Positions 1-9,109 of a DNA stretch of 51,203 bases are shown in pieces. Position 1 is the first letter of the stretch; every line of letters starts with the position of its first letter. A program made the position numbers and the translations under genes. Source of the stretch: Clostridia bacterium (GTDB lineage Bacteria; Bacillota; Clostridia; Oscillospirales; CAG-272); assembly GCA_017507985.1 (NCBI GenBank), contig JAFVZV010000084.1, positions 1 to 51,203 of the forward strand, read 5' to 3'. The notes beneath the pieces are model-generated. The model saw only the letters and a program-made list of their open reading frames with translations, searched no databases and was not told the origin of the DNA.

Positions 1-268
1 CCAGCTTGAGATGAAGAAGGCTGTTGAGGCAGGCTACTGGCATATGTTCCGCTACAACCCCGCCGCTAAGGCAGAGGGCAAGAACCCCATGACCATCGAC
101 TCCAAGGAGCCCACGGCTGATTACGTTTCCTTCATCAAGAATGAGACTCGTTATCAGCGTCTGGCACAGGCATTCCCCGAGAGAGCAGAAGAACTGTTCG
201 CAAAGGCTGCCGACAATGCCAAGGCGAAGTACGACAGACTCCAGAGAATGGCTAAGCTGTACGAATAA
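1..268 (+). CDS. nifJ: Pyruvate:ferredoxin/flavodoxin oxidoreductase, C-terminal fragment (5' end outside window)
   Basis: KKAVEAGYWHMFRYNP...KNPMTIDSKEP...ETRY is the typical C-terminus of single-chain PFOR. Confidence 0.9.
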   Translation, partial: QLEMKKAVEAGYWHMFRYNPAAKAEGKNPMTIDSKEPTADYVSFIKNETRYQRLAQAFPERAEELFAKAADNAKAKYDRLQRMAKLYE

Positions 269-284
269 TATTCGTCACGCATAT

Positions 285-326
285 ATAACAAAAGGCCAAC
301 ACCCGAGGGTGTTGGCCTTTTGTTAT
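285..326. terminator. Bidirectional intrinsic terminator
   Basis: ATAACAAAAGGCCAACACCC-GA-GGGTGTTGGCCTTTTGTTAT perfect inverted repeat between convergent genes. Confidence 0.85.
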
Positions 327-1027
327 TCTATGAAGTTGAGAACATCCTTAAAGTCATCTACGATCGCAATGTCCAGCTCTTGCTCATTCGGTGCTCCCTC
401 GACGTTATACCAAACGGTGTTCAGTCCCACCGCAACACCGCCGTGAGCGTCGGCTGCGTAGTCGTTGCCAACAAACAGCATCTCTTGCTTTTTGATCTCG
501 GGATGTCGAGCTTGAATATCCGCAATCGCTGCCTCAAAAAAACGGGAGCTCGGCTTACGCACGCCAAACTCGGCACTGGCGTATACCTCTTCAAAATAAT
601 GCAGGATGCCATGATGCGTCAGATGACGTTTGGTCGCACAGGAGGTGAAAATCGTATTCGACAGAATATACATCGGAATATCGCGCGCCTTTAGTGCGTC
701 CAGCACGTACCGCACATCATCTGAAACACCGCCTTGTTGCATGGCGCTCATGATGGCGTATTCCAGATCATCCACACTCTCGGGCAGAGTCTTGGCAAAA
801 TGAGAAAACCACAACGGTAGTTCGTCCTTTACAAAATGGATTTCGCTATGATCAATATGGCGCTGATGGTACAACGGCAAAAAGGTGTCGGTATACGCCT
901 TGAACTCCTCAAACGTACAAACGTCCGATAAATAATTGTCGTGTACATATGCCACCCCGCGCAAAAAATCAAACAGCTCGTTTTTCAGCACGGTATCATA
1001 CAAATCAAAAATAACAGCCCGCTTCAT
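323..1027 (-). CDS. HAD-superfamily hydrolase (subfamily IA)
   Basis: VIFDLYDT motif I, LSN motif II, RKP motif III, FVGNDYAAD motif IV; ATG at 1027 overlaps upstream TGA (ATGA coupling). Confidence 0.85.
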   Translation of the reverse strand: MKRAVIFDLYDTVLKNELFDFLRGVAYVHDNYLSDVCTFEEFKAYTDTFLPLYHQRHIDHSEIHFVKDELPLWFSHFAKTLPESVDDLEYAIMSAMQQGGVSDDVRYVLDALKARDIPMYILSNTIFTSCATKRHLTHHGILHYFEEVYASAEFGVRKPSSRFFEAAIADIQARHPEIKKQEMLFVGNDYAADAHGGVAVGLNTVWYNVEGAPNEQELDIAIVDDFKDVLNFIE

Positions 1028-1989
1028 CCCTTGAACGCTCCTACACAATTTTGTGGCCGACCTGCTTCAAACGCTTTAAGGTTATGTGCAACGATATCGA
1101 TCAGCCTCGTTCTCGCCTCGATCGATCCCCAAGCAACATGGGGGGTAACGTAGCAGTTTTTCGCTGTCAGATAGGGATGATCGTCTCTCATCGGCTCCTC
1201 GCAAAGCACGTCAATGCCCGCACCGCGCAAGCGGCCTGCGTTCAGTGCGTCCGCCACCGCAGTCTCGTCCGTTACACCGCCGCGCGCCGTGTTGATCAGC
1301 ACCGCCGAGGGCTTCATGAGGGCGAGCGTGCGGGTGTTGACCGCCTGCTCGGTCTCGGGCGTGAGGGGACAATGCAGCGAGAGATAGTCCGACTGCGCAA
1401 ACAACGTATCGGCATCGACGAAGGTGACCTCGCCCTCGCGCCCGCTTGTATGAGTGCGGGAGGTGGCGATGACCGTCATGCCGAACGCCAGCGCGATCTT
1501 GGCAACCGCGTGGCCAATGGTGCCATAGCCGAAAATGCCCAGTGTTTTTCCCGCCAGCTCATACACGGGATATTTAAAATAAGAAAACTCTTTGGATCTC
1601 ACCCAATCGCCATTTCCCACCGAGGCGGCGTAGTCGTCCGCGCGAGTAGCAAAGTGCAGCATCAGAGCAATGGTATGCTGGGCGACCGAGTCGGTCGAAT
1701 ACCCGGGCACGTTGCAAACGACGATGCCTCGCTCGTCTGCCGCCGCCACGTCGATGTTGTTGTATCCCGTGGCAAACAAGCCGACGAATTTCAAATTTGG
1801 GCAAGCATCCATGACCTCGGCCGTGATCTTTGCCTTATTGACAATGACGGCCTCGCAATCTCCGATGGAAAGAGGCACCTCGGCAGGTGGCAAAAGATCA
1901 AAATAGCGTACCTCGCCTATTTGCTCGATGGGCGTGAATACCACGTCACCGTTCGTTACCGTACAGCGATCCAAAACCGCGATTTTCAT
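1024..1989 (-). CDS. D-2-hydroxyacid dehydrogenase (glycerate dehydrogenase/hydroxypyruvate reductase-like)
   Basis: GIFGYGTIG NAD-binding motif, LHCPLT, INTARG, DVLCEEP, TPHVAW; start MKIAVLD. Confidence 0.9.
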   Translation of the reverse strand: MKIAVLDRCTVTNGDVVFTPIEQIGEVRYFDLLPPAEVPLSIGDCEAVIVNKAKITAEVMDACPNLKFVGLFATGYNNIDVAAADERGIVVCNVPGYSTDSVAQHTIALMLHFATRADDYAASVGNGDWVRSKEFSYFKYPVYELAGKTLGIFGYGTIGHAVAKIALAFGMTVIATSRTHTSGREGEVTFVDADTLFAQSDYLSLHCPLTPETEQAVNTRTLALMKPSAVLINTARGGVTDETAVADALNAGRLRGAGIDVLCEEPMRDDHPYLTAKNCYVTPHVAWGSIEARTRLIDIVAHNLKAFEAGRPQNCVGAFKG

Positions 1990-2065
1990 GAGAGCACCGT
2001 CCTTTTTTTCGTGATAATCTATTATAACACGGTTGCTTAAGGTGTTCAATAGGTTGTGAGAGAAA

Positions 2066-2282
2066 AGCGAAGCTTGTTAGCCGCTTTTTCTTTGATACCG
2101 CTGGCACAAAGAAAAAGCTAACAAAAAGAAATGCCAAAAAGCATTTCGCGCTCTGCGGAGCGCGTGGAGGGCTCCGCGCCCTCCACTGCGCCGCTTTTTG
2201 AAAAAAGCGGGCAAAAACTTTTCTGTCAAGTTTTTTGAAAGGAGCGCGAGGGAAACTTTTTTCAAAAAAGTTTCCCTCGCAC
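2066..2282. repeat. Hairpin-rich intergenic repeat, family B copy 1
   Basis: String of stem-loops; homologous to the reverse complement of 31975-32190. Confidence 0.75.
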
Positions 2283-2291
2283 CTTTATCAA

Positions 2292-4520
2292 TTATTCTTC
2301 ATTCTCCGGATAGAAACCGAGCACGCCCTCGTCGGAGCAAAGTCCGTTTTCCTGACGGACGAGCAGACGAATGGTATTCTCGAAAGTATGGACGCCGTCC
2401 TCGGCCTTCAGGGTAAAGTCAACGTACTTACCTTCAGCCGTGACACGGATCTCGCCGACCTTGACCGCACGGGTGTGACCGCAAACGGCCTTGCCTTCGG
2501 TTATCTGCCCTGCAGAGCCATAGCAGTAAGACACTTCCCTCTCGTCACCGTCAAGCGATACGAACACCTCGGCCACGACTTCCTCGCCCGGCTCCCAGAT
2601 CAGCTTATCATACTTGATGCTGACGTTCAAAGGAGCGAACGCCTTACCAACCTGCCAAAGCACCGGCTTGGCTCTCATGCAATAGTCGATCATGCAGGTA
2701 CAGCTAATGTTGGGATAGGGCTCATTGATCTGCCAGATGATACTGCCGCTGTTTTCAAAGGCGCGGCGGCGGTTGGCCTCAACCGCGTAGCGCAATCCCT
2801 CGGCCTGAATGAACTGGGAACGGGCAACCTGCTGTTCCAGCGTTTCAGGCTCGCCGAAAATGTGCTTGTCACGCCAGGAGTTGTCCCACCACTCGCCGTG
2901 ATGGCGCCATACGTGATTGTGTGCCATATCGTCGGGCTTGAGGTTATCCTCGGACAAGAACGTCTTCATGGTCTCAACGCTCATCATGCCGTCCACGCCA
3001 AACTCGCTGTGGAACAGGCTGTCCGACTCGTTGAACACACGATAGTGCTCCTTGGTGCCGTAGTAACGCCAGCTACCGTGAACGTCGTGGTTCTCGCCCT
3101 TGTGCCCGGGATCCAAAAATTCGTAAGGACCGCTGGCCGATGTCGGCAGCATGGGAATGTGGGGTGAATAGTAGGATACATAACCCAACAGCTCGGCAAT
3201 GTTGCGATCGGCAAACGTCGAGGGAATCCCCTCCTCGTTCATCAGCTCGTTACCGCCACTCCATACCGCCAGCGAGGGATGATTGCGGCGGGTTTTGATG
3301 GCCCATTTGGCCGTCGCCTCCTGACGAACAAGGAACTGCTCGATCTTGGAGGGAACGTTATCCAGACCGCTGGAGGACTGGATAAACTCCTGCCATACCA
3401 TAAAGCCCATGCGATCGCACAGCTTGTAAAAGGTTTCGTCCTCAATAACGCCGCCGCCCCAGACGCGAATCACGTTGATGTGCGCCTTCTTCATCATGGT
3501 GAGCAGCTGCTCCAGCTTGACAGGGTCATTGTAGCCCGTCATATCAATGGGGGTCAGGTTGACACCCTTGGCATATACGCGAGTGCCGTTGCAGTTAAAT
3601 ACGTAACCAAGCGCGCCTAAGGGGGCGTTGTCGTTTTGCTCCAGCGTGATGGTTCGGAAGCCGACTTGTTCAACTCTTGTTTCAACAGCCACGCCATCCT
3701 TGATGATGGTCATGGTCAGCTCGTACAGATTCTGCTCACCGACATCCAGCGGATACCACAATTTGACGTTATCCACGTGCAGTCTGGCCTTGGCTTCTCT
3801 GCCGCGGCTGTCCAGAGGGCAGTTGACCAAGCAATTGCCGATGGACACCTCGACTGTACAGCCCTTGGTGTCGCCGTGCAGTGTGGCATAAAATTCCGCG
3901 TCACCATTCGTGCCGACGGGCTTAAAATAAAAATCTTCAAATCGCACTTCATTGTAGGCGCGAACGTAAACAGGGCGATACAGACCAATACTGATCAGAC
4001 GGGTGCACCAGTCCCACTTATAGCTGAAACGAGCCTTCTGGGTGAAGGTTCTGGAGGTGTATCCGATCTGCCCCATCTCATCGGGTGCGTTTTCCAGCAC
4101 CACTGTCACGGTGTTGCTTCCCTTTCGGGCAATATCGGTCACGTCGGCCACGAAGGGGACGTACATATTATCCGACTGCCCCAGCTTTTTACCGTTGAAG
4201 AATATATGTCCCATGCAGTCGATGCCCTCAAGCACCAACTCAAGACGCTCGCCGTCCCCCTTGGGATCAAGGTCGATTTTACCATCAAACACCCACCAAT
4301 GGTTGGATACCCACTGGCATTTGAGACTGTTCATTTCAAAGAAGGGATCCTCAATGACACCCGCTTTTTGCAAAGCATCATAAATAGAGCCCGGAACTTG
4401 ACAAGGAATGGGGGGCAAAATGGACTGATTTTTGACGTCCGTTTCCATATTCTGCACGCGGAAGGGCGTGTAGGGATAGTGGGGCGTCATTGTCCAATTG
4501 TAGCTTTCAAATCGTTTCAT
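2292..4520 (-). CDS. Glycoside hydrolase family 2, beta-mannosidase-like
   Basis: IRVWGGG, WQEF, NHPSLAVWSGGNE (acid/base), SEFG (nucleophile); GGAAAGGA RBS before ATG 4520; no signal peptide. Confidence 0.88.
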   Translation of the reverse strand: MKRFESYNWTMTPHYPYTPFRVQNMETDVKNQSILPPIPCQVPGSIYDALQKAGVIEDPFFEMNSLKCQWVSNHWWVFDGKIDLDPKGDGERLELVLEGIDCMGHIFFNGKKLGQSDNMYVPFVADVTDIARKGSNTVTVVLENAPDEMGQIGYTSRTFTQKARFSYKWDWCTRLISIGLYRPVYVRAYNEVRFEDFYFKPVGTNGDAEFYATLHGDTKGCTVEVSIGNCLVNCPLDSRGREAKARLHVDNVKLWYPLDVGEQNLYELTMTIIKDGVAVETRVEQVGFRTITLEQNDNAPLGALGYVFNCNGTRVYAKGVNLTPIDMTGYNDPVKLEQLLTMMKKAHINVIRVWGGGVIEDETFYKLCDRMGFMVWQEFIQSSSGLDNVPSKIEQFLVRQEATAKWAIKTRRNHPSLAVWSGGNELMNEEGIPSTFADRNIAELLGYVSYYSPHIPMLPTSASGPYEFLDPGHKGENHDVHGSWRYYGTKEHYRVFNESDSLFHSEFGVDGMMSVETMKTFLSEDNLKPDDMAHNHVWRHHGEWWDNSWRDKHIFGEPETLEQQVARSQFIQAEGLRYAVEANRRRAFENSGSIIWQINEPYPNISCTCMIDYCMRAKPVLWQVGKAFAPLNVSIKYDKLIWEPGEEVVAEVFVSLDGDEREVSYCYGSAGQITEGKAVCGHTRAVKVGEIRVTAEGKYVDFTLKAEDGVHTFENTIRLLVRQENGLCSDEGVLGFYPENEE

Positions 4521-4637
4521 ACAATATCCTTTCCGCACCGTATCGCGGTGCCGGGAGTTGTTGGCTTCATTATAACAAATAATGGGAACAAATGCAAGGT
4601 GTTAGGCAAAAAATACATGGGAAGAATGTTTGAGCAA

Positions 4638-4915
4638 AGGAAAAGTATCGCTATATTTCAACCAACTTCCCTACAGCCTCGCACAGCTGCGCACAAAGTT
4701 TTGTGTTCATGCTTGCATAATGCCCGCGTCCAGCGGGCAAGCAAAACTGATATATTTTGCTTTAGCGAAATGGGCACTCGGTGAAAGCAAAGATGCCATT
4801 TCTTTGTCATTGAACAAAGAAATGGCGAAAGAAACCTGTACAGCGAACGCGTGCCGCAGGCACAGTGTGAGCGTCAAAAGGAGAAAATGATTAAAATTTC
4901 ATTTCTCTCCCCCCG
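4638..4915. repeat. Short or degenerate member of MITE-like repeat family A
   Basis: Ends CAACTTCCCTACAGCCTC... and ...GCGTCAAAAGGAGAAAATG resemble the ends of the 10950 and 43974 elements; hairpin TTTCTTTGTCATTGAACAAAGAAA matches the reverse complement of ~44368-44395. Confidence 0.55.
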
Positions 4916-4918
4916 CAT

Positions 4919-4958
4919 AAAAAATCGGCCGTTGCCTCACAGCAACAGCCGATTTTTT
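4919..4958 (-). terminator. Intrinsic terminator
   Basis: AAAAATCGGCCGTTGC...GCAACAGCCGATTTTTT hairpin downstream of the 4973-5221 gene. Confidence 0.7.
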
Positions 4959-4972
4959 ATTCACACTTAACT

Positions 4973-5221
4973 TCACGCTTCCGCGCCCTCGATAACAATT
5001 TCCTCTGCGGGAGCTTCCTCCTCGACGACCAAGCAGCCTGCCTCTTCATCGTACAGGCCGTCGTTATACAACTCATCCAGTTCCTCGTCATAGTCACCGC
5101 ATTCCAGCAGACAATACTTGCGATACAGCTTCATCGCAAACCAAATCACCGCACATGCACCTGCCACGAAGGCCAGCGTAACGGCAATAATTTTACCATA
5201 ATTTGTTTTTTCGTTTTTCAT
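4973..5221 (-). CDS. Small single-pass membrane protein with acidic C-terminal tail, function unknown
   Basis: AAGGAG RBS, one hydrophobic helix, D/E-rich tail, own terminator. Confidence 0.65.
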   Translation of the reverse strand: MKNEKTNYGKIIAVTLAFVAGACAVIWFAMKLYRKYCLLECGDYDEELDELYNDGLYDEEAGCLVVEEEAPAEEIVIEGAEA

Positions 5222-5369
5222 ATTTGACCACGACTCCTTTCACTCGTTTCACAATCAAGGCAAACGCCAAGGGCGCTTGCTTACAATATTAGTATACCAT
5301 GCTTTTTAAAAAAAGCAAGCAAAATTTCAAACATTCACAAAAGTTTAAAATTTGGAAAGCAATCAAGCA

Positions 5370-6086
5370 TCAGACTGCGTATCCGCCGTCGACGCCAAGC
5401 ATCTGCCCTGTGATGAACCCTGCCTCGGGAGAAGCCAAAAACGCAACAGCCGCCGCCACTTCCGCAGGCGTTCCCATGCGGCACAGCGGCGTTTCATCGC
5501 AAAGAGCGATACGCGTCTGCTCATCCAACGCGGCATTCATCTCCGTTTCGATCACACCGGGCTCTACGCAGTTGACGGTGATGCCCGACGGTCCCAACTC
5601 TTTAGCCAGCGCCATGGTCAGCCCGCGCAATCCTGCCTTGGATGCCGAATAATGCACCTCACACGATGCACCGACCTTGCCCCACATCGAGCCGACGTTG
5701 ATGATGCGGCCGTTATGGCGCGAGATCATATCAGGAGCGATCGCACGGCACAGATAAAAGGCAGACGAAAGATTGGTATCGATCATGCGCCGCCACTCCT
5801 CGTCAGTGACATCGGTAAACAGCTTGATTTGAGCAATACCTGCATTGTTGACAAGCACGTCCACGCCGCCAAGCGTCTCAATGGCCCAAGCCGCCGCGCG
5901 CCTTGCCCCATCAGAATCGGAGAGATCGGCCATCAGTGCGTGTGCCCCCGTCTTGGCGGACAATTCTGCAGCCGCATCCTCGCGACTACGGTAGATAAAA
6001 GCCACCTCATCGCCCTGCGCACAAAAATATTCCACCATCGCGCGACCGATGCCGCGTGCACCACCACTGATGAGCACTCGTCTCAT
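5370..6086 (-). CDS. Short-chain dehydrogenase/reductase, FabG/YmfI-like
   Basis: SGGARGIG, NNAG, YSASK catalytic motif; SMWGKVGASCEVHY resembles the YmfI subfamily. Confidence 0.85.
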   Translation of the reverse strand: MRRVLISGGARGIGRAMVEYFCAQGDEVAFIYRSREDAAAELSAKTGAHALMADLSDSDGARRAAAWAIETLGGVDVLVNNAGIAQIKLFTDVTDEEWRRMIDTNLSSAFYLCRAIAPDMISRHNGRIINVGSMWGKVGASCEVHYSASKAGLRGLTMALAKELGPSGITVNCVEPGVIETEMNAALDEQTRIALCDETPLCRMGTPAEVAAAVAFLASPEAGFITGQMLGVDGGYAV

Positions 6087-6099
6087 ACCCTTATGCTCC

Positions 6100-7413
6100 T
6101 TACTTGACAAATTCGTGATAGATCGCACCAATCGCCGTTTCGTAATCGGCCTCTTCGACACCGATGATGATATTCAGCTCGCTCGAGCCCTGGTCGATCA
6201 TGCGAATGTTGATACCGGCCTTAGCCAGCGCGGTAAACACGCGTGCAGCCGTACCCTTGGATTTGGTCATACCACGGCCAACGACGGCAATCATCGCGAT
6301 TCCATCTTCAATTACAACGCTATCGGGACGCGCACGACGTTCAATGGATGCCAACAGCTTTTCGCGCTTACCCTCGAGAGCCGCCGTAGGAATAACCATG
6401 CTGATGGTATCAATACCCGTCGGCAGGTGCTCAATAGGAAGGTCGTAGTCCTCCAGCACATCGAGAATACGGCGGGTAAATCCGACCTCGGCATTCATCA
6501 TATCTTTTTCAATATTGATAAAGGAGAAGCCCTTGCGTCCGGCAACGCCCGTGATGATGCGCTGCTTGTCATAGGACGAGGCCGTTGCCACGATCATAGT
6601 GCCGGCATCTTCGGGACGGTTGGTGTTACGAATGTTGATCGGGATGCCCGCAATACGAACGGGGAAAATTGCATCCTCATGCAAGACCGAAGCACCCATA
6701 TAGGACAGCTCACGCAGCTCGCGATAGGTGATGGTTTCGATCGCGCAAGGATTTTCGACCAGACGAGGATCGGCCATCATAAAGCCGGATACGTCGGTCC
6801 AGTTTTCGTACAGATCGGCACCGGCGGCATGTGCCACAATGGAGCCGGTCACGTCCGAGCCACCGCGCGAAAACGTCTTAATCGTTCCGTTGGGCATGGA
6901 TCCGTAAAAGCCGGGAATGACGGCATATTCATATTTTTTTAGCTCTTCCTGCATCAGCTGTTGCGTATATTCGGCATCAAACTGACCGTTTTCCTTGAAC
7001 ATAATGACGTTCTCGGCATCGATAAAGGAAAATCCCAAATATTTTGCCAGAATCAAGCTATTCAGATATTCACCGCGAGAGGCGGCATAGTCACGGCCAG
7101 ACGCGTGCAGCATGGCATTTTTCACATACTCCAGCTCGCCGGAAATATCAAAATTCAAGCCAAGATCGGCAATAATATCATTGTAGCGCTGTTTGATCTG
7201 CTCATAATATTCGTCAATATTCTGGTGGGCGCGTACCATTTCATAGCAACGGTAAAGCATGTCCGTCACCTTGATATCGCTTGAAAAGCGTTTGCCCGGT
7301 GCGGACGCGACCACGTAATGACGGATTTTATCGGACTGCACGATCTGGGCGACCTGACGAAAATGATCCGCGTCAGCCAACGAACTGCCTCCGAATTTAA
7401 CTACTTTGATCAT
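6100..7413 (-). CDS. Aspartate kinase (YclM/AK-III-like, C-terminal ACT domains)
   Basis: VVKFGGSSLAD, SAPGKR, TFSRGGSDVTG, ELSYMGASVLH, MIDQGSSE. Confidence 0.93.
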   Translation of the reverse strand: MIKVVKFGGSSLADADHFRQVAQIVQSDKIRHYVVASAPGKRFSSDIKVTDMLYRCYEMVRAHQNIDEYYEQIKQRYNDIIADLGLNFDISGELEYVKNAMLHASGRDYAASRGEYLNSLILAKYLGFSFIDAENVIMFKENGQFDAEYTQQLMQEELKKYEYAVIPGFYGSMPNGTIKTFSRGGSDVTGSIVAHAAGADLYENWTDVSGFMMADPRLVENPCAIETITYRELRELSYMGASVLHEDAIFPVRIAGIPINIRNTNRPEDAGTMIVATASSYDKQRIITGVAGRKGFSFINIEKDMMNAEVGFTRRILDVLEDYDLPIEHLPTGIDTISMVIPTAALEGKREKLLASIERRARPDSVVIEDGIAMIAVVGRGMTKSKGTAARVFTALAKAGINIRMIDQGSSELNIIIGVEEADYETAIGAIYHEFVK

Positions 7414-7500
7414 AAGAAAATGTGACCTCTCTTTCACTCTGCTGTATGATGTGCCGCAAATTGCTTTTCACATACGCCCTTTTGGCACAATACACTAATA

Positions 7501-7529
7501 ATTATATGGTAAATTGTGCTATTTGTCAA
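7501..7529 (-). promoter_or_regulatory. Sigma-A promoter of aspartate kinase-SDR
   Basis: TTGACA-17-TATAAT on the minus strand. Confidence 0.75.
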
Positions 7530-7577
7530 TAGCAAAGCCCGATTTTTCAGGCACATAAAGACGTTCTTTTTGCCAAT

Positions 7578-8864
7578 TTATTCTTTGAAACGGTTTTGCT
7601 TTTGAAGCATTGCCATGCGATATATCTCTTCGGTAGCAAGGCGGGTCTTGGCAACCACGTCGCGGTCTGTCTTTGGGAAGCAATAATACAGCACGTCCGT
7701 GTTGCCGATGCCGATAACGTCACCGATCTCATACCAATAATAATCCGAATTTAGACTATAGGATGCCAGCGGCTTTTGGATGTAGTCCAGCTTACCGTCG
7801 CATCCCGTCAGGTGAAAGCCCTGCTTGGTGTGTTGTAAGCGGCCTTCGCCCACGCGGTAAAGCGCCTTGGTATCGATCAGCATACAGATATCCACAGGAA
7901 CGTCAAGCGAATACTCGCCCCGCTCTATTTCGCGGCGCACGCACTCACGCTCCCAACGATACCAGTCGGGAATATGCGAGAACTCGGTTTCTCCCGCAAG
8001 CGCGCGCATTTCCCCGTCCTCAGTCAGCGCCCATTCCTTGCTGCAAGCGTTACAGTGTAGCGTGATGCCCCTTCCCTGCATTTGCCCTTCGGTTTGACAA
8101 TAGGGGCACCGGTATAGTACACGATTGAGAAAATCAGCGCGGAAGGGCTCCGTGATCTTAACTCCCTTTTCCTTTTGCCAACGGAAATAATCGAACGAAA
8201 ACTGTTCCTTGAGAATGGCATTGATCTCCTCCGGCGTTTTGCTCTTGATCTGTTCGGGCGAGAGCAGATATTCCATCTCGGCACTTACCTTGACACGACG
8301 GAGTTGGAGATTATTATACAGCGGATCACGCGAAAACGCCCCCTCGGTACGGATCATAATGACGGGAACACCGAGCAGCTTGATACAGCTCCCCAACGTA
8401 TCGGGCAGCGGTGTAGCCGTTCCGTCAAAGCTGTAACCCGCCTCGGGATACATCAAAACGGAGCACTGTTTTTTACGTACAGCATGAACCATGTCGCGCA
8501 CCAAACGAATGTCGGGCACGTATTTTTGCGTCGGAATGCAGCCAAGCTGGCGCATCAGCCATTTTTTGCCTACGAGTCCGTCGGCTGTACACACGATATT
8601 GAAGGGGCGGGGATAGAGGATCGTCGAGGCGATTTTAAGATCGATAAAGCTGGCGTGATTCATCAAGATCAAGCACGGCTCGCGCTTGCCCAGCTTTTCC
8701 ATACCGATGCGGCGGCAGGTAAAGCGCGTCGCGATCAGATCGGGCGTGCATACCACCCGAAGTAGTGTGCGGAACAAAATATTCGGCTTGTGAGGCGGCT
8801 GGTGCTTGGCGCGAGGAAGTGCCATTACTTGCTCATAGGACATTTGCTTGGTTTTGATTTTCAT
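7578..8864 (-). CDS. PlsC-like lysophospholipid acyltransferase with C-terminal Cys4 extension
   Basis: NHASFID (HX4D) and YPEAG motifs; CPYC...CNAC in the C-terminal half. Confidence 0.82.
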   Translation of the reverse strand: MKIKTKQMSYEQVMALPRAKHQPPHKPNILFRTLLRVVCTPDLIATRFTCRRIGMEKLGKREPCLILMNHASFIDLKIASTILYPRPFNIVCTADGLVGKKWLMRQLGCIPTQKYVPDIRLVRDMVHAVRKKQCSVLMYPEAGYSFDGTATPLPDTLGSCIKLLGVPVIMIRTEGAFSRDPLYNNLQLRRVKVSAEMEYLLSPEQIKSKTPEEINAILKEQFSFDYFRWQKEKGVKITEPFRADFLNRVLYRCPYCQTEGQMQGRGITLHCNACSKEWALTEDGEMRALAGETEFSHIPDWYRWERECVRREIERGEYSLDVPVDICMLIDTKALYRVGEGRLQHTKQGFHLTGCDGKLDYIQKPLASYSLNSDYYWYEIGDVIGIGNTDVLYYCFPKTDRDVVAKTRLATEEIYRMAMLQKQNRFKE

Positions 8865-8935
8865 AAAAATCCTTTCCTTGTCGGTGATCCAACCGTTTCC
8901 GTTGACGCAAACATCGATGGTGTCTTTTCGTCATC

Positions 8936-8964
8936 ATTCTACCATACCTGCTTTCGCTTGTCAA
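8936..8964 (-). promoter_or_regulatory. Sigma-A promoter of acyltransferase gene
   Basis: TTGACA-17-TAGAAT with TG extension. Confidence 0.65.
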
Positions 8965-9109
8965 CGAAAAGCGTACATTCGTATAAAAATTCCCTGTAAA
9001 AAAGGAAAAAAGACAAGGTTTCCTCTTTCTTTTTTATCATTTTTATGATACAATAGGACTATCAGCCATCATCGTTGCCATTGGCAAAACAAAGAAAGGA
9101 AAATCGATC

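Noticed and set aside
1051-6942. Plus-strand ORFs 1051-2040, 2235-3167, 3636-4784, 5352-6107, 6049-6942
   Set aside because: Antisense shadows of the dehydrogenase, GH2, SDR and aspartokinase genes.
7414-7500. Lysine riboswitch upstream of aspartate kinase
   Set aside because: The promoter-to-start distance is too short for an L-box.
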